Source: Octopus bimaculoides
Taxonomy: Eukaryota
NCBI RefSeq assembly: GCF_001194135.2
Contig: NC_068985.1
Span: 3,701,684 to 3,744,042, forward strand
DNA: 42,359 bases
Direction: 5' to 3'
Shown here: positions 25,366-35,959 of the stretch, one piece after another
How positions within the stretch are numbered: the first letter of the stretch is position 1
How the letters are laid out: the number at the start of each line of letters is the position of its first letter
Translations under genes and position numbers: made by a program
Notes under the pieces: generated by a model
Databases searched by the model: none
Told to the model about the DNA's origin: nothing
The model's input: only the letters and a program-made list of their open reading frames with translations

Positions 25366-25645
25366 CATCATCGTCGTTTAACATCTACTTTCCATGCTGG
25401 CATGGGTTGGACGATTTGACTGAGGACTGGCAAGCCAGAAGGCTGCACCAGGCTCCAATCTGATCTGGCAGAGTTTCTACAGCTGGATGCCCTTCCTTAC
25501 GCCAACCACTCCAAGAGTGTAGTGGGTGCTTTTACGTGCCACCAGCATGAGGGCCAGTCACACGGTACTGGCAATGGCCACGCTCAAAAAGGTGTTTTTT
25601 ACGTGCCACCTGCACAGGAGCCAGTCCAGCGGCACTGGCAACGAC
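25366..25645 (-). repeat. Family A copy
   Basis: Well-preserved reverse-complement core. Confidence 0.85.
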
Positions 25646-25865
25646 CTGGAGACGTAAACACACCAACACCAGTTTTCAAGTTGTGGTGGTATTGGTGGGG
25701 GGACAAACAAAGATATATACACACACATATACAACAGGCTTCTTTCAGTTTCCATCTATCAAATCTAGGATATACTAAAATATACTTGCCCAAGGTGCTA
25801 TGCAATGAAACTGAACCCGGAACCATGTGGTTGGGTTGCAAACTTCTTACCCCACTGCCACACCT
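25646..25865 (-). repeat. Family C 5' part abutting a Family A copy
   Basis: GGGACAAAC..CTTCTTTCAGTTTCC..GAACCCGGAACCATGTGG. Confidence 0.75.
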
Positions 25866-26043
25866 GTGTCTTTGTCCCCTTTTAGTATTATATATGGAGA
25901 TTGTTCGTTTGATCTCTTTTAATGTAATTTATCTCTATATTTAGTAATTAGTCGTATAATATATACTTCGTTATATAATTAGTCATGCAAGAGCTGATCA
26001 CTTGGTCATTTGTTATTTTAATTTTGTTTTTCATGTTTTCCAG

Positions 26044-26128
26044 GATAGATGTTACCGAGGGTCAATTAATTGTCATGGCTGTATATCTATTTAACGCATT
26101 TGTAGGAACAGATTTCTGGCGATTACAG
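26044..26128 (+). CDS. CEPT1: CEPT1/CHPT1-family exon (85 nt)
   Basis: ttttccag acceptor, gtttgg donor; (M)IDVTEGQLIVMAVYLFNAFVGTDFWRLQ contains the family DVTE motif; phase consistent. Confidence 0.93.
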
Positions 26129-26233
26129 GTTTGGAGCGTTTATTTTTTATTTATTTTTCTCATTTCTTCATTTTCTGGCACATTTATACAATAAACAAAA
26201 GTTAATGTCCCATTATTTTCCCTCTACTTATAT

Positions 26234-26960
26234 TCATCATCATCATTGTTATTTAACGTCCACCTTCCATATTGTCATGGGTGGGACTGTTTGACAGGAG
26301 CCAGCCATGCAGAAGCCAGCACCAGACTTCTAGACTTCTGTGTCTGTTTTGGCAGGGTTTTTACAGCTGGACCCCCTTCCTAACACTGATCACTCAGCAG
26401 AGTGGACTTAGTGATTCTTATGCACAAGCACAGGCGAGGTCAGTTTTGGCAAGGTTTTTACAGCTGGATGTCCTTCCAAACACCAGCCACTTCATAGTGT
26501 TGACTGGATGCTTTTTAAGTGGCACCTACACTGACAGGGTTACCAAGTACTTGCAAGACGAAAACAGAAATCTTTTGAGAGGGGAGGGGGCATTGGAGGA
26601 AGTTATCTTGTATCGAATGATGAAAGGTTATAGTGAGAGAGAGAGACAGAAACAGGTGTCTTGCTGTAAAAGAAGTACAAGGTTGCCCAGCCAGGGAGAG
26701 AGAGAGAGAGAGAGAGAGGTCAGGAATGAAGACAGAAACAGATGTTCTCCCACAAAGGAGATACATAGTTACCCAACCTGAGGGAAGAGCAGGAAGAGGA
26801 GAGAGAGTTGTGGGAGACAGCAGGATAGAAATGGTGGCAAAATGCTGGGTACACTCACAAGGGGGGGACAGGGATCAGAATATAAATGGGATGGTTGAGT
26901 AAAGGAAGAGAGTGATATAGAGGGTGGCAAGTGCCAGGGGATACCCTGGAGGTTCGAACG
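26234..26960 (-). repeat. Long Family A copy with (GA)n region
   Basis: Core with internal duplication of GGTTTTTACAGCTGGA; purine-rich extension homologous to 28740-28960. Confidence 0.75.
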
Positions 26961-27014
26961 TAATATCATTATGTATCAAAAAAGATGTAAAGATATTACA
27001 TATGAAATAGATTT

Positions 27015-27345
27015 TTTATCTGTCACTTGTTTGTCATTAGATTGTGACCATACTGGAGCACTGCAGGGAGTATTGTTAGCCGAATGGATCAACCCCAGTA
27101 CTTATTTCCTCTTTTTAAGCCTGGTTCTTATTCTATCAGTCTCTTTTGCTGAAGTACTAAGTTACAGGGACATAAACACACCACCACCACCACTCATCAA
27201 GTGGTTGTGGTAGTGGTGAGAACAAGCAAACGTGTGCATGGTGAGTTTCTTTCAGTTCCCATCTACCAAATCTAATCCCTAATCTTTTGTTTGCCTGGGG
27301 CTGCAGTAGAAGACCCTTGCACATGGTGCCACAGATCAGACTAAA
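27015..27345 (-). repeat. Family C copy
   Basis: Reverse-complement body. Confidence 0.75.
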
Positions 27346-27379
27346 CCCAATATAATTTAAAATTGAAATATCACATTTC

Positions 27380-27675
27380 TAAATCTCTCAGAGAAGGTTA
27401 TGCAGTAGCAGCATGAGAAATTCTATAGGTTTCCAACAGCTGTTTAACAGCGACATCTAGCAAGGCCAAGCCATTCCAAACTGATGAAGGGCAATTACCC
27501 TGAAACTAGTCACTGAATGCTGGCTTTGTTGGGCGGAGGTGCTTATCTCCCCTGTTTGAAAACTTAAGGACACAGAATGCTTGTGTCACGTAACCAACTA
27601 GAAACGGTTTCTTGGGGCTAAATAACAGTAACATTCTTCCCTTTCCTGGGACTGCCACATTAAGTTGGCAACAAG
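27380..27675 (+). mobile_element. Hammerhead-bearing interspersed repeat, probably PLE-derived
   Basis: About 27535-27670 is homologous to about 23958-24095; carries the hammerhead at 27481; 5' boundary uncertain. Confidence 0.5.
27465..27524 (+). ncRNA. Minimal type I hammerhead ribozyme-like motif in a CEPT intron
   Basis: CTGATGA (27481-87), stem II AGGG/CCCT with loop CAATTA, GAAA (27502-05), palindromic stem III ACTAGT, GTC cleavage triplet (27509-11); distal stem I CATTC/GAATG; proximal stem I is mismatched. Confidence 0.7.
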
Positions 27676-28186
27676 CCATCATTTTAATTTAAAATTGTTT
27701 TGATTAAATTTTTTTTCTGTTTCCTTCAAACAGAAATGTTGCTTCTCAAAATCGAATCCAACAATTGAAAATTCTTAATGTCAAAATTGTTCTTAGCACA
27801 AATCTTTGACTGGAAGGGAAAATGGGATCCCATCCTGCTTTGAAATTTAAATTATATTTTGTCTCCTGGGCTGTTTCAGGATTTTTTTTTTTTTTTTGCA
27901 TTTTGGAATTTGCAATCTAATTCACTGTTTGCTTGATGTTTTTCCATTTATCAATTTACCCCATACACCAAGAGAGTTAAAGAATGTTTATTCTTGATAT
28001 TGGTGTTGGTTCTACAATGCACAGCATATTTTCCTGATTAAAAAAATGACTTTGTCTGGCAACTGGAAAAAGCTATCAGTAAAACCTGCAAGATAGTATT
28101 CATTATACGTGTTTTAATTAGCATAAAAAAATATTATTTAAAAGCAAGTGTCAGCTGATTCCTATTTCAAAATTCTTTTATTTCAG

Positions 28187-28321
28187 GTACCTGGTTTAGG
28201 CACAAGTTTCCAGCTAATTCCTGTTTATTTTGGAATATTTGCTGCTGTTTTACAATGCATTCAAAATTTCTCTGTGATAATCATAAAAGGAGGTGTTGGC
28301 AAAAACCGGTCAACTGTTGCT
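28187..28321 (+). CDS. CEPT1: CEPT1/CHPT1-family exon (135 nt)
   Basis: tttcag acceptor, gtgagt donor; VPGLGTSFQLIPVYFGIFAAVLQCIQNFSVIIIKGGVGKNRSTVA resembles the family GGVGKNGSTIA motif. Confidence 0.95.
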
Positions 28322-28599
28322 GTGAGTAATAAGGAAGTCTGCTTCCAAATTTTGATTTAAAATTTTCTTTTACTTTTATCCTTAATTCCAGTAATTAAAT
28401 CATTAAATATCTGAGATGAGTTATTATAAAGATTATGGTTTTCTTCCTAATAAGAATTATGTATCTCACATACAATAAAATGCAATGCATTTCACACTGT
28501 GGTCATGCTAGTAGAAGGCAACTAAAACAATAGATGGAGTGGAAGTCAATGGAATGGCACCACTCTACGTCACCACCACCAAAAAAGTTCAAGACACAA

Positions 28600-28960
28600 A
28601 AGTCAGCTGGAAGAATCATGGCTGCACCAGATTCTATTGTCTGTTTTGGCATGGTTTTTATGGCTGGGTTGCCCTTCCTAATGCCAACCACTCCATTGAG
28701 TGTATTGGGTGCTTTTAATATGATACCAGCACCAACGGTCACCAAGCAATTTGCAAGACAAAACACCTCGGCTGGGAGGGGGAGCTTTGTGCCAGTTGAG
28801 AGATTAAGGGTATAGAGGGACAAGGATAGGTGTCTTGCAGTTGAGTAGCCCTGCTGGAAAAGAAAGGAGACCAAGTTAGTAAGAGCAATAGTGAGAGAGA
28901 GAGGGTAGCAAAGATGTGTTGAGACATGCTCTCGAGGGCCAGGAGGTGTGGTGAGAATAA
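28600..28960 (-). repeat. Family A copy
   Basis: GGCTGCACCAG..GCCCTTCCTAATGCCAACCACTCC. Confidence 0.75.
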
Positions 28961-29070
28961 GCAGCAGTTATTATATTTGGTTCAGAAAATTATTGATTTT
29001 ATTATATATTCTATTTTGTATTGTATTTTTATTTAATTATCTAATTTTATCTCTATTTTCTGTTTTTCAG

Positions 29071-29229
29071 GGCACAAGCACAATATTTCCCATTTTGCCA
29101 ATTTCCATAATAATGTGCCTGGCATTTGTAATATATCACAAATCTCCTACACACATATACATGAACCATCCATGCTTGTATGTGATCAGCTTTGGCATGG
29201 CATCAGCAAAAATAACAAACAAACTAGTG
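29071..29229 (+). CDS. CEPT1: CEPT1/CHPT1-family exon (159 nt)
   Basis: tttttcag acceptor, gtaagc donor; GTSTIFPILPISIIMCLAFVIYHKSPTHIYMNHPCLYVISFGMASAKITNKLV contains HPCLY..FG...AKITNKLV. Confidence 0.96.
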
Positions 29230-29359
29230 GTAAGCAGATTATTTGAGCTTCTAACTTAATTATTTTTTGTTGTAGCTGAGTCGTTGTTATTAACATAAGG
29301 TGAGACCCTGGTTGAGAAGATCTAGCTACAAAAGGTGTTCTAGCTGTGACCATTCCGTT

Positions 29360-29540
29360 ATCATCATTTAACGTCCATTCTCCGTGCTGACTTGAGTTCA
29401 GCAGATTCACCGGGCTGGCACGCTGGAAGGCTGCACCAGATTCCAGTCTGACTTGGCAGGGTTTTCTATGGCTGGATGCCCTTCCTAACGCCAACCACTC
29501 CGTAAGTGTATGGGGTGCATTTACATGCCACCAGCACATA
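29360..29540 (-). repeat. Family A copy
   Basis: TCATCATTTAACGTCC..GGATGCCCTTCCTAACGCCAACCACTCC. Confidence 0.8.
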
Positions 29541-30524
29541 GCCAACAAACTCTGCTTCCATAAATCACAAAGGTTAAAATTTCTACATATTAATCAAAGT
29601 GCTTATAGAACAATGAACCCCGAGAGAGAAACATAGAGACAAACAACCTTTATACCTACCTACATTCTCTTATGAACATGAGAGCACAAGAAAAACAAGT
29701 TTCCATACAAACAACACCATGACAAGCCAGACTAATGACCTTCACCTTCCAAACACAAACAGGAAATACTTTCAATAACAACAAGTCAAGAAACTGACCA
29801 GCTAAAACACACCACTTGTTTAAATGTTTTTGTGAACTTTTAAGTAATTCCATTGAAAAAAAAGATGACACACCCAATTACGAAGTTTTTGAACACTGGT
29901 CTTTGTACCTTACACCATTACATTGCCAAAGCAAAGAATCAAATCCAGTGAAACTACTGGCACATCCTAGACCTGCCTATGTCCTCTTTTTGAACCACTT
30001 AAAGCCAATCCCATGACCTGAAGGGGACACACCTGAATATACATGCCTGCTTACAAAGTTCTACATACATGAATAAATTCTAAACAATAACTTAACCCCA
30101 AATTTAATCAATAAAAATTTCTTCAAAACGCCTTTCCATAACAACCAACTCTATAACCTAATTACCACTCCACTTGAATTTACACGCCCAAGGAAAATTT
30201 TAACTCAACAGAGACTATAAAAAGCCAAGATTAATTTCAATGCATCGCAGTCCAACAGTGGCTTAGCTGAATAAAGACTTTGTTGAATAAAGACTTAGCT
30301 GAATAAAACTTTGAAGTCACTGTCAATAATATTCTTGTTTAAGAATAATAAATTTGTACTCTACAAAAGTATAGAGTAAGCCATCAGATTAATGTGAAAT
30401 TGTTTGTATTATAACTGAACATAAAAACAAGCATTAATATCTATTCATCCATCCATCCTTCCATCCATGTTTTGATCTAAATATCTGTCTATCAATCTCT
30501 TGACCTTTTTCTTTTTTTTTTTCT

Positions 30525-31150
30525 TAGAGCAGTCGCTCATTACAAGGTCGTTAGACCACTGAAAACATAAGAGCTAGTAGAATAAAATGGACACTGGATA
30601 GAAGTCAATAGTTGACGATGTACATTAAACTTAAAAGACTGGAGGAGGCCATATTGAAGAGGGAAACAAGACTGTGGAAGGGAATTCCAAAGTTCAGAGG
30701 TGCGAGGGAAGAAACTGGTACTGTAAAGCGGAGAGCTGGCAGAGTGGTTAGCATGCCGGGCGATAATGCTTAGCAGTATTTCATCTGCCGTTATGTTCTG
30801 AGTTCAAATTCCGCCAAGGTCAACTTTGCCTTTTATCCTTTCGGGGTCGATAAATTAAGTGCCAGTTTCGCACTGGGGTCGATGTAATTGACTTAACCCC
30901 TTTGTCTGCCCTTGTTTGTCCCCTCTATGTTTAGCCCCTTGTGGGCAGTAAAGAAATAAGAAACTGGTATTGTAAAGGACTTTACAACACTGGGGAGGTT
31001 GCACAGTATACTGATGAGAACTGGATGCAAGTCTGGTTGATTGCTGATAAGTTTTTAAAAAAGGAAGAACCAGAGAAGAGAGCTCAGCTGAACAATGTCC
31101 ATGGAAATACTCATAGAAAAGAGACAAGGAAGCCACAGGACGATGTGTCT
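30525..31150 (-). mobile_element. CR1/Jockey-like LINE 3' fragment, split by a SINE
   Basis: ASLSLFYEYFHGHCSAELSSLV..TRLASSSHQYTV on minus strand, continuing across the SINE. Confidence 0.75.
30729..30959 (+). repeat. Family B SINE, full length with TSD
   Basis: 18-bp TSD GAAACTGGTA[C/T]TGTAAAG (30711-28, 30960-77). Confidence 0.9.
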
Positions 31151-31447
31151 CATCTATTTAGGCTACCTATCTACTTGTACATAAATTTCTATATCCATAA
31201 ACCTCTTATATATCCTTAAACTTATAAGACCATTATGTCTATGAATCTATTACAGAAAATTAACCCCCCCCTTCTACCCCCCCTTTACCTTCTTTGTACT
31301 TTGCTGCATTTTATTGTCTTCCATCTTGTTTTGCTTTATTCTCTTTCGTCTTCCACCTTTACCTTTCCTGACCTCTCCTACCAATGTTGTTATCCTCTTA
31401 TCTTCACATGACGATGTATTTAATGTGAAAGCATTCTCTCTTTCCAG

Positions 31448-31573
31448 ATTGCACATATGACGCGCAGTGAGATGGATTTGCTTGACTACACGTTGCTAGG
31501 GCCACTCTTTGTCTGCCTCAACCAATATTTTGACTGTAAACTAAATGAAGTCTTCGTACTATGGATATTTTGT
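31448..31573 (+). CDS. CEPT1: CEPT1/CHPT1-family exon (126 nt)
   Basis: tttccag acceptor, gtaagt donor; IAHMTRSEMDLLDYTLLGPLFVCLNQYFDCKLNEVFVLWIFC contains AHMT.SEM and GP....NQYF. Confidence 0.96.
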
Positions 31574-31770
31574 GTAAGTATTAGTTTGCCATCAAATGCT
31601 TTGGAATCACAGCTGTGATGGCACACATTTGGAGAATGTGGTTTTATGTCCTTTCTTTTTTGTTTTTTCTGCACTTAATTGTTAGCAGTCAGGACACTAC
31701 ATCCTTCAAAATTTCCATGCTTTCTGAAATTTGTAATTAGTACACACCTGAAGTTACCTCCATCTTCTTT

Positions 31771-32778
31771 TTATTATCTCTGCTTTAGTAAGACAGAGGT
31801 ATTGTTTTCAGTTGTGTTTGTTTGTAGACAAGATATCTCAAGAACCGCTGGATAGATTCGGATAAAACTTTCAGGGATGTTTGGCCTCGTAACTGGCGCA
31901 AATTGGTCAGATTTTGGGATCGATCCGATAACGGAAAAGGATTCTAGATTATTTGTTATATTTACTTTACATGAAGTATTACGATCTTACATTGACTTTC
32001 AAGTCTTTCTCTGTTTATCTCCCTTGAAAGCATGCTCATGGTTTCCATGTAAGTTATGGCAGCATTGCTGCTTCCAAAGTTTTATTTTAGTTTCTCTATT
32101 ATTAATTTTACTCGCATCTCTATCTTAGTAGAAACTGATGGATAAAGAGATCAAACTACATAAACAAACGGCAGCAAAACCATTCAGAAATTAAATAACA
32201 CTAACATATTCAGTCACAGTAATAAATTTAATTTATCCTTGACAATTCTTCGTTTTACCAATTTTGAATATATCACTCCTGTTTAAAACTTCTTACCCAC
32301 TTGACAATTGCATTTCTAGCTCTGCCTTGAAGGAAGCTTTATTTCTTGGACTCATGATGTTGTTAAACCTCCGTTAACAGCACCATATGCAAGTCCTTTC
32401 CATTTTCTTTCATGCATGGATAAATCTTTAACTATAGACCTTGATAGTTGTAAAGACACTATATCAGTGGATAGACTAAAAAAAGGCCTTCATAGAGAAA
32501 ACTGTCCCTGTTCCCACTGCAGACGACACACACAGCATTACAAACATGGCCTGCACATTCACATTCCACGACTACCATTGGGATCGATCAGGTACCGGAC
32601 AAGGAATCTGGATTATTTTTCTGTTTTTTCTTTACTTAATTTTTGAGAGTAGTCAAATTCATTTTTAGTATTCTCATTTATTTCAGATATTCTCATTTTA
32701 AAAATCGTCTCTGGCAAATCATTGCGAGGATGTTGGTGTTGCCTTGGCAGAGGTTTGCGCTCTCTGAGTGCTCTTGTT
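31771..32778 (+). mobile_element. HINE-like element, copy 2
   Basis: Both ends homologous to 5336-5750 and 6040-6268; ends TTGGCAGAGGTTTGCGCTCTCTGAGTGCTCTTGTT. Confidence 0.65.
32341..32500 (+). pseudogene. Ty3/Gypsy integrase C-terminal (GPY/F-like) fragment
   Basis: HDVVKPPLTAPYASPFHFLSCMDKSLTIDLDSCKDTISVDRLK(K/AFIE) resembles D..K.PL.PPY.GPF.V...K...I......VS.DRLKPAF. Confidence 0.65.
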
Positions 32779-33014
32779 TAAAACGACTCCTTCACTGTTC
32801 ACGTCCTGTGCATTATTCTATGTACGGTCGGTGCACTTTTGGCTACTTTCTCTGATGAGTTGTAGTGCACCTGAGCACTGCAAAGAATAAGTTCTTTATT
32901 ATCATTATATGAGTGGTCTATTTTGTCAGCTTGATAGACTGAGACCAGCATCCATGTACCACGACCAGTAAAATACTATTACCTGAATTATATATTGTTT
33001 ATAAATACTAATCA

Positions 33015-33485
33015 CAGGAGTGGCTGTGGGGTAAGTAGCTTGCTTACCAACCACATGGTTCCAGGTTCAATCCCATACGTGACACCTTGGGCAAGTGTCA
33101 TCTACTATAGCCTCAGGCCGACCAAAGCCTTGTCAGTGGATTTGGTAGATAGAAACTGAAAGAAGCCTGTCATATATATGTGTGTGTGTGTTTGTGTGTC
33201 TGTGTTTGTCCCCCCACCATCGCTTGACAACTGATGTTGGTGTGTTTACGTCCCCATAACNNNNNNNNNNTATATGTGTGTGTGTGTTTGTGTGTCTGTG
33301 TTTGTCCCCCCACCATCGCTTGACAACTGATGTTGGTGTGTTTACGTCCCCATAACTTAGCGGTTCGGCAAAACAGACTGGTAGAATAAGTACTAGGCTT
33401 ACAAAGAATAAGTCCTGGGATTGACTAAAGGTGGTGCTCCAGCATGGCTGTTGTCAAATGACTAAAACAAGTAAAAGAATAAAAG
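33015..33485 (+). repeat. Family C copy spanning a 10-N gap
   Basis: Head at 33017; about 90 bp duplicated across the gap. Confidence 0.8.
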
Positions 33486-33833
33486 AAAACTGGAAGAATT
33501 TGAGTTGTGAGACTTTCCTGGTCATAATTCTTTCCCCAGTATTGCTACTGGGCACCAATTAAGTCAGTTCTTGTCTTCCTCTATAACTGTGAAGATCAAA
33601 CTGTGTGTGTGTGTGTTTAACTGGCAAAAGATGACCCTCCCCGAATATAACAATATCTGTCTCAACACATGATTTCACATCAAGAATCTAGCAAAACAAA
33701 TACAGAAAGAAGAAATAATTTTACATTTAAGAACAATCAATGTTATATATTTTGTTTTATTATCTTAGATTTATCCTTCTTTTCATTATTCTACAAACGA
33801 TATAAATTTTTGATTTTTTTTCTCATTTTCTAG

Positions 33834-33983
33834 ATTTACTGCACATGTAACCTGTTATATTTTGCCAGACAAGTCTGCCTACAAATCAGCAGATATCTAA
33901 ACATCTATATTTTCACCATTACAAGAAAGCCAAACCAGGTGAAGGAAAATACTAGAAACAACCGAACTCGTCAAAATCATTAG
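33834..33983 (+). CDS. CEPT1: CEPT1/CHPT1-family last coding exon (49 codons plus TAG)
   Basis: Poly-T ttctag acceptor; IYCTCNLLYFARQVCLQISRYLNIYIFTITRKPNQVKENTRNNRTRQNH* resembles the family VC.QI...L.I..F.I C-terminus. Confidence 0.92.
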   Translation: MYCTCNLLYFARQVCLQISRYLNIYIFTITRKPNQVKENTRNNRTRQNH

Positions 33984-34098
33984 AGGCCTACTTCCAAGTC
34001 CAGCAACCCTGTTGTCACCACAACCCGTCTTTGGACTGGCACCAGGAGAAATGTAATCATTGACAATACTTCCTGATATGGCAACTAATTTGTTGGAG

Positions 34099-34132
<34 letters not shown>

Positions 34133-34437
34133 TGTCTTTCATTCTCTAACTTCGTGAACAGGAAATGGTATTATTACAGATAAGCACTAGTCTATTAATG
34201 GAATGGACCAAGGGACTTTCAGTCTACACCAACCTTTCAATACACTAAATGCTGTATAGTATTGAAGTAACTTCATGTTATAAACTAGTGCCCATCACAA
34301 CAAACTAACACAAGTGATGTTTTGAAATTAATCTGTATTTTTACCAAAATCCCCCCCTCCCCTTCCTCACCATTTTGTTTTATTTGCCTGTATCTGGCCA
34401 AAAAGATACTATGTCTGGTTACATAATGTTTTTGTTA

Positions 34438-34504
<67 letters not shown>

Positions 34505-34525
34505 CATCATCATCATCATTATCAT
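34438..34525. repeat. (ATT)n/(ATC)n microsatellite
   Basis: Direct reading. Confidence 0.95.
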
Positions 34526-34679
34526 TTGTATTGTATTAATTGAGTGAATTTATATATAATTTTTTTTTTAAAAATTTTATTTTAAAAACTGATTTTAGAT
34601 TTAGTCTCCATAGCAAATCCCCCCCACATCCGTATTTCTGAATTGAAAGGAAAGACAATTAGGAAAAATCAAATAATAA

Positions 34680-34796
34680 NNNNNNNNNNNNNNNNNNNNN
34701 NNNNNNNNNNNNNNNNNNNNNNNNNNNNNNNNNNNNNNNNNNNNNNNNNNNNNNNNNNNNNNNNNNNNNNNNNNNNNNNNNNNNNNNNNNNNNNNN
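34680..34796. other. Assembly gap (others at 33261-33270 and 39706-39876)
   Basis: Runs of N. Confidence 0.99.
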
Positions 34797-35959
34797 TAAA
34801 CAATTTGACAAAGCTGAGCAAATCTTATGAAAAGAGTAATTGATTCCTAAATAAATTTGGTAATATCATTCATATTAAAAAAAAAAACCCGAAGACTTCC
34901 TTATCTCTTTTAGTTTTGTTTTTAATAGAGAAAAGGGAGACAACAAACACAAAACATGATTCGTAAATCTTCATTTGTTTTTTTTTTTTTGACAACTTAT
35001 TATTCTTAGATTGTGAAGTTTAAATATATATTTTAATCAAAATGATAAATAAATAAATAAACAGTTTTTTTTTCTTTTATATGTTAAAGGTTTCATTTTG
35101 TTCTCCAAATTGAAATACAATAATTTCTTAAATTGTTTTTTAAAGCCACTTCATGGATGCTCCAAGGAGATTGAGAATTTTTGAAACAAGCTTTGTTGGC
35201 CCCGGAATAGATTTGACACTGCTAAACAAATTGAGCTCAATAAGTGACTCTTTTCAGAAATTCATTCATTGTACACTTCTAGCAATGAAAACCAGTCAAG
35301 TTACAAATTTGAATACATTACAATGATTGAAAAGCAAAGAGGCTTTGAAGTATTTAAGTCAAATAACTATTTAGAGTGATATTTCTATTTTCAACCAAAA
35401 TATGTATTCTTAAATTTAGATGTTTGTGAGACAGAGTTTGTCATACAAAGAAACTGTGAACCGCTTTTATTTTATGTTTTTTTTCATTTTTCGTTATTTT
35501 CAGATTATTTAATAAGGCCAAATTAAATTACTTTTGTATTAAACTAAGGCTTCAAGGAAAAAGTAAACACCATCAAGTGAGCTAAATCAATATAAGAAAA
35601 CAATGTAAGATCAAATAAGCAGTTTCTCTCTGCTATAATAAACATCATTGAAAGGTAAAGTATTTGATGAGATCAAATAAAAATCTCGCAAGATTTTAGA
35701 TTAATTTTCAGGTCGTTAACAAGTTCTACTTAATTTCGTCATTTCATCCTAAATCTTTTTATTTTATTTCTAAACCTGACCTGAAGCTATTTTCAATTAG
35801 TTTAATTACCAACTAAAATAAATTTTTTGATGGCAAGAGTTTTTCTCTCTTATCCTTTATTATTTCAAGGTTCTGTTTTATATTTTACAAAATGTTTTGA
35901 TTAAACTGAGGAAGCTGTTTAAAGGAAGCTAATTTATTATACAAAAAAAGGAGAGTGGG

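Noticed and set aside
25522-26902. Long ORFs (140 and 169 aa)
   Set aside because: They lie wholly within Family A/C repeats and microsatellites, with no domain similarity.
29580-30260. A/C-skewed stretch, possible retroelement ORF relic
   Set aside because: No convincing motif in any frame by eye; left unannotated.
32845-32900. CTGATGA followed by an 8-bp hairpin, possible hammerhead
   Set aside because: Next motif is GAAT, not GAAA; no stem I or III; it looks like a LINE 3' tail.
33170-33360. About 90-bp direct repeat
   Set aside because: The two copies flank the 10-N gap; most likely unmerged contig overlap.
10277-33983. SELENOI/EPT1 identity or selenocysteine readthrough
   Set aside because: Motifs are CEPT1/CHPT1-type, the first stop is TAG not TGA, and no SECIS was recognised.
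33897-34142. Minus-strand poly-Lys ORF
   Set aside because: Comes from a poly-T run in the 3' UTR, antisense to the last exon.
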